Source: Candidatus Parcubacteria bacterium
GTDB lineage: Bacteria; Patescibacteriota; Saccharimonadia; UBA4664; JBIOIQ01
Direction: 5' to 3'
Assembly (NCBI GenBank): GCA_963718875.1
Contig: OY970378.1
Coordinates: forward strand, 669,373-733,372
Length of the DNA stretch: 64,000 bases
In this document: positions 1-10,124 of the stretch, piece by piece
How the letters are laid out: each line of letters opens with the position of its first letter
Numbering within the stretch: position 1 is the first letter of the stretch
The notes under the pieces: generated by a model
What the model saw: only the letters and a program-made list of their open reading frames with translations
Databases searched by the model: none
Told to the model about the DNA's origin: nothing
Program-made: the position numbers and the translations under genes

Positions 1-36
1 AGGGTGCAATACTGGCTTCATAATAATATTATACGG

Positions 37-924
37 CTATATAGAGAGTGTGAGGAGGAATTGTTTTAATTCTGGGGGTAATGGCGACCTCACTGTCACT
101 TGCTTACCCTCAGTATCGGTAAATTCGATAGAGACTGCGTGTAGAAACAATCTCTCGGGCTTCGAATGTGATTTTCTTCCGTATAAACCGTCCCCTACGA
201 TGGGGTGCCCGAGATGCGAAAAATGTACTCTTAGCTGATGCGTTCGTCCCGTTTTGGGGTGTGCTTCCAAAAGGGTGTACTTGTCGTATTCCGACAGTAT
301 TGTGTAGCTAGTTTGACTTGGTTTGCCGCTTGGAGTTATGTTGCGCTTAGCTGTGTTGGGTTTTCGCCCTATTGGTAGGTCAATCAAGGCCTCCGGCCGC
401 TTTAAGTGTCCCTCGATAAGGAGTTGATAGGTTTTTTTGACTAGACGATCTTTAAATTGTTTTTGCAGAAAGGCCTTAGTGGCGGAATCTTTGGCTATGA
501 GCACTAGTCCAGAGGTATCACGATCTAGTCTATGTACGATACCGGGTCTATTAGTAGATTGATCAGAGGTGTGAAGTGCTGCAAATTGTGCTAATGTTGG
601 CTCAAGCGCTCTCCCTGGTACGTCGTGCACCAAAAGTCCGCTTGGTTTTTCTACTACCAATAAGTGGTTGTCCTCGTACATTATGACTAATTGAGGCGCA
701 GATATGTCGGTTTTCTGACTATCCATGGAAACGTCAGAAAATTCAATAAGATCACCAGCAACTACCTGATAACTAGATTTTTCAGTCAATTGATTGACCC
801 GCACCAATCCATCCTTTATGGCTCGTTGCCAAAAGGCTCGACTGTGTCCATGTTGGGAAGCCATAACTTGGTCAATGCGTTTGCCTGCTATGGCCGAAGT
901 TATTTTAAAATGTTTTTTAGTCAT
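37..924 (-). CDS. rluD: RluA-family 23S rRNA pseudouridine synthase (RluD-like; N-terminal S4 domain plus catalytic HRLDRDTSG motif)
   Basis: 295-aa ORF with the catalytic HRLDxxTSGLLxxAK motif and an S4-like N-terminus. Confidence 0.85.
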   Translation of the reverse strand: MTKKHFKITSAIAGKRIDQVMASQHGHSRAFWQRAIKDGLVRVNQLTEKSSYQVVAGDLIEFSDVSMDSQKTDISAPQLVIMYEDNHLLVVEKPSGLLVHDVPGRALEPTLAQFAALHTSDQSTNRPGIVHRLDRDTSGLVLIAKDSATKAFLQKQFKDRLVKKTYQLLIEGHLKRPEALIDLPIGRKPNTAKRNITPSGKPSQTSYTILSEYDKYTLLEAHPKTGRTHQLRVHFSHLGHPIVGDGLYGRKSHSKPERLFLHAVSIEFTDTEGKQVTVRSPLPPELKQFLLTLSI

Positions 925-962
925 TCCTAGACAATAACATTAATTAGCAACTATCAAAAATA

Positions 963-1961
963 CTACCTAATGATGGCTGATGCTTCAGTAAGGTCCTTTT
1001 TGGCTCCCAGGACGATCAGGCGGTCGCCCGCGTATATCATCTCATGGCCGTTGGGTTGTACTCTGCTGGTACCATCGGCGCCATTAATGGCTATGACCGT
1101 GGCGCCTTTGACGTGCGCATCGATTAACGAGTGACTCAGTCGACGTCCGACTAGCTTTGATTCTTCGCCTACAACCATCTCTTCAACAGCCAAGTCGGCC
1201 TTAGCGTTACTATTACTAACGATGTCGATGTAATCAACAACATTAGGTCTGAGTGCCATGTTTGCCATATGATATCCGCCTATTTGGTAAGGCATAGCTA
1301 CTCGGTCAGCTCCTGCCCGCTTGAGCTTGATTTGATTGTCGTTGCGATTTGCACGGGCTACTATGTATAGTTCGGGGTTAAATGACCTGGCTGCCAGGAC
1401 AACAAACAAGTTTAAAGAATCTTCTCCCAAACTGGCTATCAAGCCAGCGGCGCGCTCAACACCAGCTTCGTGAAGTGACTCTTCGAGCGTACTATCGGAT
1501 ACAACGGCAAGAAAGCCGGCCTTAACGGCTTCCTCGACTTTTTCAGGATCTTTATCCAGTCCTATAAAGGGAACGCCTTCATTATGAAGCTCTCTTGCTA
1601 CTTGGCTCCCCACGCGTCCAAGTCCACAAACTATGTAGTGGTTCTTTAATTTATCAACCTTTGCTTTCATTCTTCGCCTTTTAACGTTATCGCCAATACC
1701 AATCATATATTCCGCTAGCCACTTAAGTAAATATGCTACTGCTAATAAGCTACTTAGATCTAGGGCAATTACTAAGAGCCTGGCTGCAAGTGTAGTAAAC
1801 CCATGGTGGTCATAGTGGGTTAGAATGATAATAATAGTGCTGTAAAGTGCTTCCCCAATGGGAATATCAGCAAGAATGTTGAAGCCAATGGTACCAACAA
1901 CGAGCATACCTGCTACCAGCAAACCAATCCACCATAATGCTTTACGCTGCTGCTCACTCAT
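963..1961 (-). CDS. RCK (TrkA-N/TrkA-C) domain membrane protein, K+ channel-like
   Basis: N-terminal TM helices; Rossmann GLGRVGSQVAREL motif (TrkA-N) followed by a TrkA-C-like C-terminus; the pore-like stretch GTIGFN lacks the canonical TVGYG filter. Confidence 0.6.
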   Translation of the reverse strand: MSEQQRKALWWIGLLVAGMLVVGTIGFNILADIPIGEALYSTIIIILTHYDHHGFTTLAARLLVIALDLSSLLAVAYLLKWLAEYMIGIGDNVKRRRMKAKVDKLKNHYIVCGLGRVGSQVARELHNEGVPFIGLDKDPEKVEEAVKAGFLAVVSDSTLEESLHEAGVERAAGLIASLGEDSLNLFVVLAARSFNPELYIVARANRNDNQIKLKRAGADRVAMPYQIGGYHMANMALRPNVVDYIDIVSNSNAKADLAVEEMVVGEESKLVGRRLSHSLIDAHVKGATVIAINGADGTSRVQPNGHEMIYAGDRLIVLGAKKDLTEASAIIR

Positions 1962-2230
1962 CTCGCTTATGATTATAGCTGAGAACTTGGAAAAAGTCCT
2001 ACTAAAGTCGTTCGATAGACTTCTTAGAGTTTAAGATCTTGGACACTTTGTGTCGGCCGGCTTAAGATGGCCTGCGCATCGTGGCCAACTATCAGATAGC
2101 TGGCCACTCTTATCAGGAGTATGTCGATGCGTTTCGATCTGCAATCTCATGATGGTCTATGACGCCAAAGGTTTCCGGTCCCCCGTTACGCACTAAAACA
2201 GCCTCTGACGGGGAGCGACTTTATAAAATA

Positions 2231-2258
2231 AAAACCACCCTTGTTGATGGTTTTTATT
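2231..2258. terminator. Hairpin (AAAACCA...TGGTTTT) flanked by A- and T-runs, just downstream of rpsI; bidirectional intrinsic terminator
   Basis: 7-bp stem with flanking A/T tracts, 13 nt after the rpsI stop. Confidence 0.4.
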
Positions 2259-2270
2259 TGAAGCAGGCTG

Positions 2271-2672
2271 TTAGCGTTTGCTAAACTGTGGAGCCTTGCG
2301 AGCCTTTTTAAGACCATATTTTTTTCGCTCTTTTTCGCGCGGATCACGAGTAAGCATGCTAGCTTTTTTGAGAGTTGGGTGTAGATCTTGACTCATAGCG
2401 TTTAGTGCGCGTGCAATTGCAAGCTTTGCTGCTCCGGCTTGTCCGCGTTTGCCGCCGCCCGTAACCTTCAAACTGACTTTGAATTTCTTGTCATGTCCCG
2501 TAAGAACGAGTGGTTGAGTTAGAGATGCTTCCAGAGTATTGTTATTAAAATACTCGCTGGCAAGTTTGTCGTTGACGCTAATTTCGCCTGTCCCACTATA
2601 TAGTCTTGCGGTGGCAATAGCTGATTTGCGACGACCGAGGCCGTAATAGTAGTGGTTTTTTGTATCAGCCAT
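2271..2672 (-). CDS. rpsI: 30S ribosomal protein S9
   Basis: 133 aa, C-terminus ...KKARKAPQFSKR typical of S9; follows rplM. Confidence 0.95.
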   Translation of the reverse strand: MADTKNHYYYGLGRRKSAIATARLYSGTGEISVNDKLASEYFNNNTLEASLTQPLVLTGHDKKFKVSLKVTGGGKRGQAGAAKLAIARALNAMSQDLHPTLKKASMLTRDPREKERKKYGLKKARKAPQFSKR

Positions 2673-2676
2673 TTTT

Positions 2677-3129
2677 TTAAGCTCCTCTAGTATTATCTGT
2701 TGTAATAGTCAGTGGTTGTGGCGATTGGGGTGCGTGACTGTGTTCAGCTGTGGCGTAAATCTTTAAACGCTTTAATCGGTCGTCTGTTAGTCGGTTGGCG
2801 GGTAGCATCCCCTTAACTGCGTGACGAATGACGTCGGTAGGGTTCTTGGCAAGCTTGTCACTTAGACTAATGTCTTTAATACCACCTGGGTATCCAGAAT
2901 GATGATAATAGATTTTACTATTTAGCTTGTCGCCAGTTACTCGAATAGAGGCGGCATTTATTACTACTACATTATCGCCGCAATCAATGTGGCGAGTATA
3001 GCTTGGCTTGTGCTTACCTATTAAACGCGTGGCAATTTCGGTAGCTAATCGACCTAGTGTTTGATCCTTGGCATCTACAAGATGCCAGCCCCTAGTAACT
3101 TCGACTGGTTTAGCTGAATATGTTTTCAT
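2677..3129 (-). CDS. rplM: 50S ribosomal protein L13
   Basis: 150 aa; N-terminus [29 protein letters not shown] matches L13. Confidence 0.95.
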   Translation of the reverse strand: MKTYSAKPVEVTRGWHLVDAKDQTLGRLATEIATRLIGKHKPSYTRHIDCGDNVVVINAASIRVTGDKLNSKIYYHHSGYPGGIKDISLSDKLAKNPTDVIRHAVKGMLPANRLTDDRLKRLKIYATAEHSHAPQSPQPLTITTDNTRGA

Positions 3130-3602
3130 TTTGCAACCTTAGTTTTAGCAGAACTTTTTTTAACAGCTGGTTTGGACGGTTTGGTTGTCTTTGTTGCACC
3201 AGAACTGGCTTCAGCTACCTCTGAAGGAACCGAAGGAAGCTTTTCTGGTAATACCAGGGCAACTATAGCCATTGGGGCGTTGTCTCCCCGGCGGTTACCG
3301 GTCTTAACGATGCGTGTATAACCGCCACTGCGCTTAGAAAAAGCCGGAGTAAGCTCCTGGATAAGTTTTTGTACGGCGTTTTCGGTAAGGAGCATGGCGC
3401 GCAGCGCTCGATTATTGGCTAGGTCGTTTACTTTTGCTTTCGTAACAAGACGTTCAAAGAATGGCGCAATTTCTTTAGCCTTACTATGAGTGGTTGTAAT
3501 TTGTTCGTGTAATACCAGTGACGTCAGCTGCCCACGAATAAGAGCCTTGCGTTGATCTCGATCGAGAGATAGTTTACGTCCTTGATAACCGTGGCGATGC
3601 AT
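3126..3602 (-). CDS. rplQ: 50S ribosomal protein L17
   Basis: 158 aa, [25 protein letters not shown]... L17 signature; last gene of the alpha operon. Confidence 0.95.
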   Translation of the reverse strand: MHRHGYQGRKLSLDRDQRKALIRGQLTSLVLHEQITTTHSKAKEIAPFFERLVTKAKVNDLANNRALRAMLLTENAVQKLIQELTPAFSKRSGGYTRIVKTGNRRGDNAPMAIVALVLPEKLPSVPSEVAEASSGATKTTKPSKPAVKKSSAKTKVAK

Positions 3603-4567
3603 TAGTTTTCCTCGTTACCTTCAAAGCCTAATTCAGCGATCTTTTCTTTTACTTCGTCATAGGCTTTTGCGCCAAATCCCTTAAGATTGCGCAAGCTGCT
3701 GTCGCTGAGAGTCAGAAGGTCTTTCATGGACTTTATGTCGTTATTGATGAGGGCGTTAGTAGTGCGTTGGGAAAAGTTGACTTCTTCTATCATGATCTTA
3801 CTAGCCCCGTTGTCTGTGCGGTCGGCTGTGGCTACAGGGAGCGCGTCAGTGACGCTATTACCGGCAATAACTTGGAAGTGGTTTACCAAGGTTTGAGCAG
3901 CCTGGCTAATGGCGTCTTCGGGACTTATAGTCCCATCGGTTTCAATCTCCATAACTAATCGATCAAGATCAGTTATTTGGCCTACGCGGGTATTTTCAAC
4001 ATGAAAGCGAACTCGTTGGATGGGGCTATATAAGGCGTCAATTGCAATCATGCCTACTTCTAGCTTTTCGTCTACGCGCTGTTCGACTGGGATATATCCT
4101 CGGCCTTTTTCAACGCGGATTTCCATGCCAACCTTGGTTTTAGAGTCATCAATAGTACAGATTAGTTGATCTGGGTTAACAATCTCTATATCAGAGGTCG
4201 CCTTAATATCAGCACCGGTGACAGTTCCTTTGCCAGATTTGGTGAGAATAAGAAACTGGGTTTCGTCGCTGTAGATTTTAAAGCGCAGGCGTTTGAGGTT
4301 TAGTAGAATTTCTACTACGTCTTCTTTGACACCTTTAAGAGTTGAAAACTCATGGGCTACGTTGTCGATTTTGACGGCTGTTACGGCTGCACCACCTAAG
4401 CTTGATAAGATTACGCGTCGCAATGAGTTGCCTAATGTCATACCGTATCCTGAGTACAGTGGTTCGATAGCAAATGTTGCTCTGTTGCCATCTTGCTTAA
4501 CTGGCTTAAGTTCCGGTGATGAAATTTCGTATAACACTTGGGCCTCCTTACCTTGAGTAAAATTCAA
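3602..4567 (-). CDS. rpoA: DNA-directed RNA polymerase subunit alpha
   Basis: 321 aa; conserved EPLxxGxGxTLGNxLRR NTD motif and CTD; positioned between rpsD and rplQ; start codon uncertain (overlaps the rpsD end). Confidence 0.93.
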   Translation of the reverse strand: MNFTQGKEAQVLYEISSPELKPVKQDGNRATFAIEPLYSGYGMTLGNSLRRVILSSLGGAAVTAVKIDNVAHEFSTLKGVKEDVVEILLNLKRLRFKIYSDETQFLILTKSGKGTVTGADIKATSDIEIVNPDQLICTIDDSKTKVGMEIRVEKGRGYIPVEQRVDEKLEVGMIAIDALYSPIQRVRFHVENTRVGQITDLDRLVMEIETDGTISPEDAISQAAQTLVNHFQVIAGNSVTDALPVATADRTDNGASKIMIEEVNFSQRTTNALINNDIKSMKDLLTLSDSSLRNLKGFGAKAYDEVKEKIAELGFEGNEEN

Positions 4568-5165
4568 TAATTAATTGCTCGGAAATATCTGCATCAATGT
4601 CTTCACGTGCCGGAAGTCCAGTCACTTTGGCAGTTAGCTTTTTGGCATCTAGACTGAGCCAACGGGTTTGAGATTGACCGGACGAAAAAGTTTCCTTGAG
4701 GGCGGTGAAGTAGCTGTTGCTTGAACTTTTCGGCCGAACAGAGATTTCGTCACCCGGCTTTACAATAATAGAAGGGATGTCGACACGCTTATTGTTTAGC
4801 ATAAAATGCCCGTGTGTCACTAGCTGCCTAGCTCCTTGGCGCGAAGGAGCAAATCCTAAACGATAGACAGCGTTATCAAGGCGAAGTTCGAGCAGTTGAA
4901 GCATAATTTCGCCTGTAACTCCAGTGCGTCGCTCGGCCTCTCCCACCAGTCGTGCAAATTGTTTCTCGAGCAACCCGTAAGTCCGCTTGACTTTTTGCTT
5001 TTCACGTAGCTGAACAGCGTACTGGCTTAATTTAGAACGCATGCCTGTTTGCCCATGCTCACCGGGGCCGTATGCGCGTTTAGCCATGCCTTTAATGGCT
5101 TTTGGGTGTAAGGCGGTTTTTTCTCGCCTCGATTGCTTGACAATAGGTGTTAGATTTCTAGCCAT
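4548..5165 (-). CDS. rpsD: 30S ribosomal protein S4
   Basis: 205 aa [16 protein letters not shown]... with S4 domain. Confidence 0.95.
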   Translation of the reverse strand: MARNLTPIVKQSRREKTALHPKAIKGMAKRAYGPGEHGQTGMRSKLSQYAVQLREKQKVKRTYGLLEKQFARLVGEAERRTGVTGEIMLQLLELRLDNAVYRLGFAPSRQGARQLVTHGHFMLNNKRVDIPSIIVKPGDEISVRPKSSSNSYFTALKETFSSGQSQTRWLSLDAKKLTAKVTGLPAREDIDADISEQLIIEFYSR

Positions 5166-5557
5166 TAGACTCGCCTAGCCTTTCGTGGTCTGCAGCCATT
5201 GTGCGGAATACCAGTGACGTCTTTGATGCTTGACACTGCTATACCGGCAGTTTGCAGGGCTCTTACGGCTGATTCACGTCCGCTTCCAACCCCAGTTATT
5301 AATACCTCGACCTTGGTTAGTCCAACCTCTTTGGCTGAGGCGGCGGCCTTTTCGGCAGCAATTTGAGCGGCATAGGGGGTGCTTTTTCGCGAACCTTTGA
5401 ATCCAGCCGCTCCTGCGCTTGACCAGCTAATAAGTGCACCGCTTGTGTCGGTGATAGAAATGATAGTGTTATTAAAGGTTGATTGAATATGAACCTGGCC
5501 TGTAGTTACACTACGCTTGGTCTTTTTGCGTCTAGTTGTAGTCGATGTTTTAACCAT
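5165..5557 (-). CDS. rpsK: 30S ribosomal protein S11
   Basis: Conserved core [43 protein letters not shown]; start placed at the internal Met (MVKTS...) to avoid overlapping rpsM. Confidence 0.93.
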   Translation of the reverse strand: MVKTSTTTRRKKTKRSVTTGQVHIQSTFNNTIISITDTSGALISWSSAGAAGFKGSRKSTPYAAQIAAEKAAASAKEVGLTKVEVLITGVGSGRESAVRALQTAGIAVSSIKDVTGIPHNGCRPRKARRV

Positions 5558-5564
5558 TGTTTCC

Positions 5565-5951
5565 TTACGTCTTAGCGGCTGATTTTTTGCGTCCGCTTCC
5601 CATAGTAACTTTTTTGCCTCGTTTTGTGCGGGCGTTGGTTTTGGTGCGCTGTCCGTGTGCTGGTAGGCTTGCCTTGTGCCGTAACCCGCGATAGGCATTG
5701 ATGTCCTTTAAGCGCTTTATATTTTGACTCACTAAGCGGCTTAAGTCCCCTTCGACCTGATAATCCTTATCAATAACTTCGCGAATCTTATTAATTTCCG
5801 CTTCGGTTAAATCTTTGACTCTGGCGTTTGAATCTATACCGGTACTCGAAAGTATCTTTTTGCTAATTGCAGGCCCGATTCCAAAAATATAAGTAAGGGC
5901 TACTTCGACGCGCTTGTCTGTAGGGATGTTAACCCCGGCAATTCTTGCCAT
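5565..5951 (-). CDS. rpsM: 30S ribosomal protein S13
   Basis: 128 aa [26 protein letters not shown]... Confidence 0.95.
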   Translation of the reverse strand: MARIAGVNIPTDKRVEVALTYIFGIGPAISKKILSSTGIDSNARVKDLTEAEINKIREVIDKDYQVEGDLSRLVSQNIKRLKDINAYRGLRHKASLPAHGQRTKTNARTKRGKKVTMGSGRKKSAAKT

Positions 5952-6064
5952 TATCCTTGTCTCTGCTTATGACGAGGATTTTCACAAATAACTCGAACCA
6001 CGCCTTCTCGGCGGATAACTTTGCATTTTTCACACCGTGGCTTTGTGCCTGGATGAACTTTCAT
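5951..6064 (-). CDS. rpmJ: 50S ribosomal protein L36 (zinc-binding C-x2-C-x12-C-x4-H form)
   Basis: Hand translation of the minus strand gives [37 protein letters not shown], 37 aa; absent from the ORF track because it is under 60 aa; TAATG overlap with the rpsM start. Confidence 0.9.
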   Translation of the reverse strand: MKVHPGTKPRCEKCKVIRREGVVRVICENPRHKQRQG

Positions 6065-6315
6065 TTGGAGTCCTGTCGCTTACTATTATCACCAACCTTG
6101 TGCCGATATGTAATACGTCCTTTTGTGAGGTCATAAGGGGTCATCTCTAAGGTGACGCTATCGCCAGGTAAGATTTTGATGTAATGCATCCGCATCTTAC
6201 CTGAAATATGCGCCAAAACAATATGGCCGTTCTCTAGCTCTACCCTAAACATTGCGTTTGGCAGAGTTTCTAGGACGGTCCCTTCGACCTCAATTACTTC
6301 CTTTGTGTCTGACAT
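6061..6315 (-). CDS. infA: Translation initiation factor IF-1
   Basis: 84 aa; S1-like fold sequence [43 protein letters not shown]. Confidence 0.95.
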   Translation of the reverse strand: MSDTKEVIEVEGTVLETLPNAMFRVELENGHIVLAHISGKMRMHYIKILPGDSVTLEMTPYDLTKGRITYRHKVGDNSKRQDSK

Positions 6316-6337
6316 ATACTCTTAGCTACAGTTCGTA

Positions 6338-6366
6338 ATTATAGATACTCTTTCACCTATTGTAAA
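6338..6366 (-). promoter_or_regulatory. Sigma70-like promoter for infA-rpmJ-rpsM... (TTTACA-17-TATAAT on the minus strand)
   Basis: Near-consensus -35 (6361-6366) and -10 (6338-6343) hexamers with a 17-nt spacer, ~20 nt upstream of the infA start. Confidence 0.45.
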
Positions 6367-6466
6367 GGCTTTTAGAGTACAGTGTTCGAACTATTTAGCT
6401 TTATCTCCTCTTAAATGCGACCAAATGGGATGATGCCAGGACTTAAGTAGTGTGGCAGTTCTGGGT

Positions 6467-7780
6467 TTAGTACTCATCATAGCTACTAGTTATTGCTCGT
6501 GCTTCAACTGCTCTCATAGTTTCAATAGCGACCGATACGACAATTAGCAAGCCCGTTCCTCCGAGTGATAGTGAGCTGGTTTTGGTTACGGCTGTTACTA
6601 TAAAAGGCAGTACGGCTACAATGCCCAGCCCTAAGGCTCCACCCAGCGTAATACGGTTTAAAACCCGTTTGAGGTAGTTAGCGGTTTCGCGTCCGGGCCG
6701 GATACCAGGTATAAAACCACCCTGCTTTTGAAGGTTTTCGGAAATATCCTTGGGTTGAAAAACTACTGAGGTATAAAAGTATGTAAATATAACTACCATG
6801 AGAAAATAAGTAACAGCATATGGCAAGCCGTTAGGTGACAAAAAAGTATTTAGCCATTGCGCTGCATTGGAAAGCCAGGCAGTTTTGGCATTAGTGAGCA
6901 GTTGGGCAATAAAGCCGGGAACAGACAAAAACGCCAAGGCAAATATAATCGGAATTACACCCGCCGTTATAACTCGCAATGGCAGGTGGGTGTCTACGCC
7001 GGCGTAGATTTTTGTTCCGCGAGTGCGCCTGGCATAGGAGACGGGGATGTTACGTTGGCCTTCATTCAGGAAGACGATAAAGACTATGACTGCGAGGGTT
7101 ATAATACCATATAGAATGAAAGTAAATAATTTTCCAGCATCTGCTCCCAATAAAGCGGTAAATTGACTAAAGGTAGCGGGTAGTTGAGAGACTATCCCGG
7201 CAAAAATTATTAAGGAAATTCCATTCCCAATCCCTTTTTCCGTAATAATCTCGCCTATCCACATCAAAAGCAAGCTACCTCCTGTAATAGTTACTATCAT
7301 TAGCAACCAGTGGAAAGTATCGAGTCGACCTATTAAATCTGTTCCCGCTATCTGCTTTGATAGTGTTCGTAGCAAAAACACCATACCGATAGATTGCAGA
7401 ATTGCCAGTGGCAATGTTAGCAGGCGGGTATATTGGTTAATTTTTTGCCTGCCGGCTTCACCCTCTTTGCTTAATGCTTCAAACCTGGGAACGGCTTGAG
7501 TAAGCAACTGCATAATAATAGAAGCGTTAATATATGGTCCAACTCCCATCAAAATTATAGAGAACTGGGACAATGCTCCCCCCGAAAATAGGTCTACGGT
7601 TGTAAGCAGCTTACTTGAATTAAACAGTGTCTGTAAGAAATTAGCTAAGGCTATGTTGTTTGGTACTGGTACTGGAATGTGTGACAACAGACGGAATATT
7701 ATTAACAAGCCTAAAACCATAAGAAAACGCTTGCGTAAGTCACGGGACCGGTAAGCTTGGCGCAAAACGCTCAAGTTCAT
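6467..7780 (-). CDS. secY: Preprotein translocase subunit SecY
   Basis: 437 aa polytopic membrane protein, MNLSVLRQAYRSRDLRKR..., positioned between rplO and infA. Confidence 0.95.
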   Translation of the reverse strand: MNLSVLRQAYRSRDLRKRFLMVLGLLIIFRLLSHIPVPVPNNIALANFLQTLFNSSKLLTTVDLFSGGALSQFSIILMGVGPYINASIIMQLLTQAVPRFEALSKEGEAGRQKINQYTRLLTLPLAILQSIGMVFLLRTLSKQIAGTDLIGRLDTFHWLLMIVTITGGSLLLMWIGEIITEKGIGNGISLIIFAGIVSQLPATFSQFTALLGADAGKLFTFILYGIITLAVIVFIVFLNEGQRNIPVSYARRTRGTKIYAGVDTHLPLRVITAGVIPIIFALAFLSVPGFIAQLLTNAKTAWLSNAAQWLNTFLSPNGLPYAVTYFLMVVIFTYFYTSVVFQPKDISENLQKQGGFIPGIRPGRETANYLKRVLNRITLGGALGLGIVAVLPFIVTAVTKTSSLSLGGTGLLIVVSVAIETMRAVEARAITSSYDEY

Positions 7781-8256
7781 GTGCGGTCAACCTTAGGTTT
7801 TGATCGGCGCACAGGGCTGGAAACGATCTCTATCGATCCTCCGGCGGCTATAACGGCTTTTGTTGCAGAAGAGCTAGCGGCTTGTAGCCTTATTGAAAGT
7901 TTTTTGGTCAGACCACCAAATCCAAGAAGTTTTATCGGCAAATCTGCTTTTTTAACTAAGCCAAGGTTTTCTAAAACTGCTGCGTCTATTTTGGAATTGT
8001 CCTTAAACTGCTCAAGTTTCGATATGTTTATAACTTGAAAAGTTAAACTGTTGAGAGGTGCAAAACCGCGTTTTTTGGGCAGACGTTTCGCAAGGGGGTT
8101 TTGTCCACCTTCAAATCCAGGTCGAACGCCACCTCCGGTACGAGCATTTTGGCCCTTTGTTCCTCGACCTGCGGTTTTTCCATAGCCGCTACCGATGCCT
8201 CGTCCGACGCGCTTCTTGTCTTTTTGAGACGTAATATTTAATTCATGTATTTTCAT
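7777..8256 (-). CDS. rplO: 50S ribosomal protein L15
   Basis: 159 aa with Gly/Arg-rich N-terminus RVGRGIGSGYGKTAGRGTKGQ. Confidence 0.95.
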   Translation of the reverse strand: MKIHELNITSQKDKKRVGRGIGSGYGKTAGRGTKGQNARTGGGVRPGFEGGQNPLAKRLPKKRGFAPLNSLTFQVINISKLEQFKDNSKIDAAVLENLGLVKKADLPIKLLGFGGLTKKLSIRLQAASSSATKAVIAAGGSIEIVSSPVRRSKPKVDRT

Positions 8257-8258
8257 AT

Positions 8259-8765
8259 CTATTCCTTTGTGGCTGCTACCTTAGACTTCGCGGGCTTTTC
8301 TTCGATCGGTTGTTTTCGATTATTCTGCAGCTGTGTTAATGCTAACACGGTTGCATAAGCATTGTTAACTTTATTACTTGACCCAAGGGATTTGCTCAAA
8401 AGGTCACGAATTCCTACTGCTTCTACTACATTTCTTACAGCGCCCCCAGCAATAACTCCTGTTCCTTCCGAGGCGGGCTTAAGCATAACATGGGCTCCGG
8501 CAAAGTGGACGTTGACTTCGTGCGGGATAGTCTGGCCTTTAAGATTGACGGTTACTAGGTTTTTTTTGGCCTTGGCAACGGCTTTGGCGATGGCTGTCAT
8601 GACTTCACCTCCCTTGCCAACTCCAACGCCAACACGGCCTTTACCATCACCAATTACTACTGTTGCACGGAAACGAAAGCGTCGACCGCCTTTCACTACT
8701 CGACTGACACGGTCGATGGAAATAACTTTTTCCTCAAACTCTTTTACTATTTCAGTGATAGCCAT
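8259..8765 (-). CDS. rpsE: 30S ribosomal protein S5
   Basis: 168 aa; dsRBD-like [23 protein letters not shown] motif; no L30 gene follows (rplO is directly adjacent). Confidence 0.95.
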   Translation of the reverse strand: MAITEIVKEFEEKVISIDRVSRVVKGGRRFRFRATVVIGDGKGRVGVGVGKGGEVMTAIAKAVAKAKKNLVTVNLKGQTIPHEVNVHFAGAHVMLKPASEGTGVIAGGAVRNVVEAVGIRDLLSKSLGSSNKVNNAYATVLALTQLQNNRKQPIEEKPAKSKVAATKE

Positions 8766-9109
8766 TAAAACTCCAATCCAGCACTACGTGCTGCTTCTGC
8801 TAATGCATGTAGGCGCCCGTGGTAAAGACGACCCGCACGGTCAAATACAACCGCGGTAATGTTGCGTTTTTTTGCTACGGCGGCAATCTTAGTACCAATT
8901 TCGGTTGCACGCTCAGTCATTGTGCCTTTAGTGCTGGATTTTACACTGGTTACATACCCGAGTGTTGTCATGTTGTCGTCATCAATTAGTTGGGCGGTAA
9001 TATGACGATTGGTCACGTGCACAGTTAATCTAGGTCGCTGCGCTGTACCATGAATGCGAGACCTTACACGAGCTCGACGACGGGCTTTTTGAATGGTTGT
9101 TTGTAACAT
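8765..9109 (-). CDS. rplR: 50S ribosomal protein L18
   Basis: 114 aa ...[18 protein letters not shown]... L18 signature. Confidence 0.95.
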   Translation of the reverse strand: MLQTTIQKARRRARVRSRIHGTAQRPRLTVHVTNRHITAQLIDDDNMTTLGYVTSVKSSTKGTMTERATEIGTKIAAVAKKRNITAVVFDRAGRLYHGRLHALAEAARSAGLEF

Positions 9110-9114
9110 AATCT

Positions 9115-9654
9115 CTAACCTTTAGTTGCGGTCTTACCGGCTTTTCGGCGAATCCGCTCTTCGATGTATTTAATACCCTTACCTTTGTAAGGTTCAGGTT
9201 TTTTTAATGCGCGTAAATTAGCGGCCACTTGACCAACTAGTTGCTTGTCATGGCCGCTAATGGTAATGATGTTTTTATCAACTTTGGCGGTAATGTTGAC
9301 CGGAAGATTAAAAACTACCGGGTGCGAAAAGCCCAAGCTAAGGTTGACAACGTTTCCACTTACGGCGGCACGAAAACCAACACCATTAATTTCCAGTTGA
9401 CGTTCAAAGCCTTGGGACACACCCACAACCATGTTATTGATGAGTGTGCGCATCAAGCCAAACGAGGCTTGAGTTTGAACATTTTCTAGCTGCTTCGACA
9501 CGGTCAAAGTATTGTCGGTTTGAGAGAGTGAGATTCCTGGCAATAACCGTTCCGACAGAGTACCTTTTGGGCCTGATACCGTCACTTGCTCACCTTCTTG
9601 AGTAACATTTACTCCATTTGGGACAGTAATGGGTTGTCGTCCAATTCTACTCAT
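9115..9654 (-). CDS. rplF: 50S ribosomal protein L6
   Basis: MSRIGRQPITVPNGVNV... typical L6 N-terminus (start trimmed to an internal Met; the longest ORF extends to 9672). Confidence 0.93.
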   Translation of the reverse strand: MSRIGRQPITVPNGVNVTQEGEQVTVSGPKGTLSERLLPGISLSQTDNTLTVSKQLENVQTQASFGLMRTLINNMVVGVSQGFERQLEINGVGFRAAVSGNVVNLSLGFSHPVVFNLPVNITAKVDKNIITISGHDKQLVGQVAANLRALKKPEPYKGKGIKYIEERIRRKAGKTATKG

Positions 9655-9724
9655 CGTAAGCCTCCTTGGCAAGAGTACGTGCTTGGGCTAATTAGGGTTT
9701 TAAAACATGGTGTCTTCATGGTTA

Positions 9725-10108
9725 CTACCAGACCTTACAAATTAATTCACCGCCCAAGCCTTGCTTGCGAGCTTGACGCCCTGTCATAAGTCCGCGGGAT
9801 GTGGATACAATTACGATACCGCGGCCACCTAAGACGGTAGGGATGTCGCTGGCAGCTGTGTAGACTCTGCGGCCGGGCTTGGAAATACGGCTCAAATTGG
9901 TCAAGTTAGCCGACTGGGCTTCTAGATTGACTACGATTGATTTTAAACCCTCTGCGTCGACTTGAAAATCGGAAATAAATCCGTTGTTTTTTAAAATCGT
10001 AGCAATGGCTTCTTTAATCTTGGAGTAAGGCATGCGTGTAGATGACTGTCGTGCGCCAGCTGCGTTGCGGATACGGGTTAACATGTCTGCGATTGGATCG
10101 GTTGTCAT
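9725..10108 (-). CDS. rpsH: 30S ribosomal protein S8
   Basis: 127 aa MTTDPIADMLTRIRNA... Confidence 0.95.
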   Translation of the reverse strand: MTTDPIADMLTRIRNAAGARQSSTRMPYSKIKEAIATILKNNGFISDFQVDAEGLKSIVVNLEAQSANLTNLSRISKPGRRVYTAASDIPTVLGGRGIVIVSTSRGLMTGRQARKQGLGGELICKVW

Positions 10109-10124
10109 ATAGCTTACTCCTTTC

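Noticed and set aside
5165-5698. Long form of rpsK (177 aa) with a 47-aa N-terminal extension overlapping rpsM
   Set aside because: The extension has no similarity to S11 and overlaps the S13 coding region. The conserved S11 sequence begins at the internal Met (MVKTS...), so the short form was annotated. The same logic was applied to rplF, rplE, rplN, rpsQ and tyrS.
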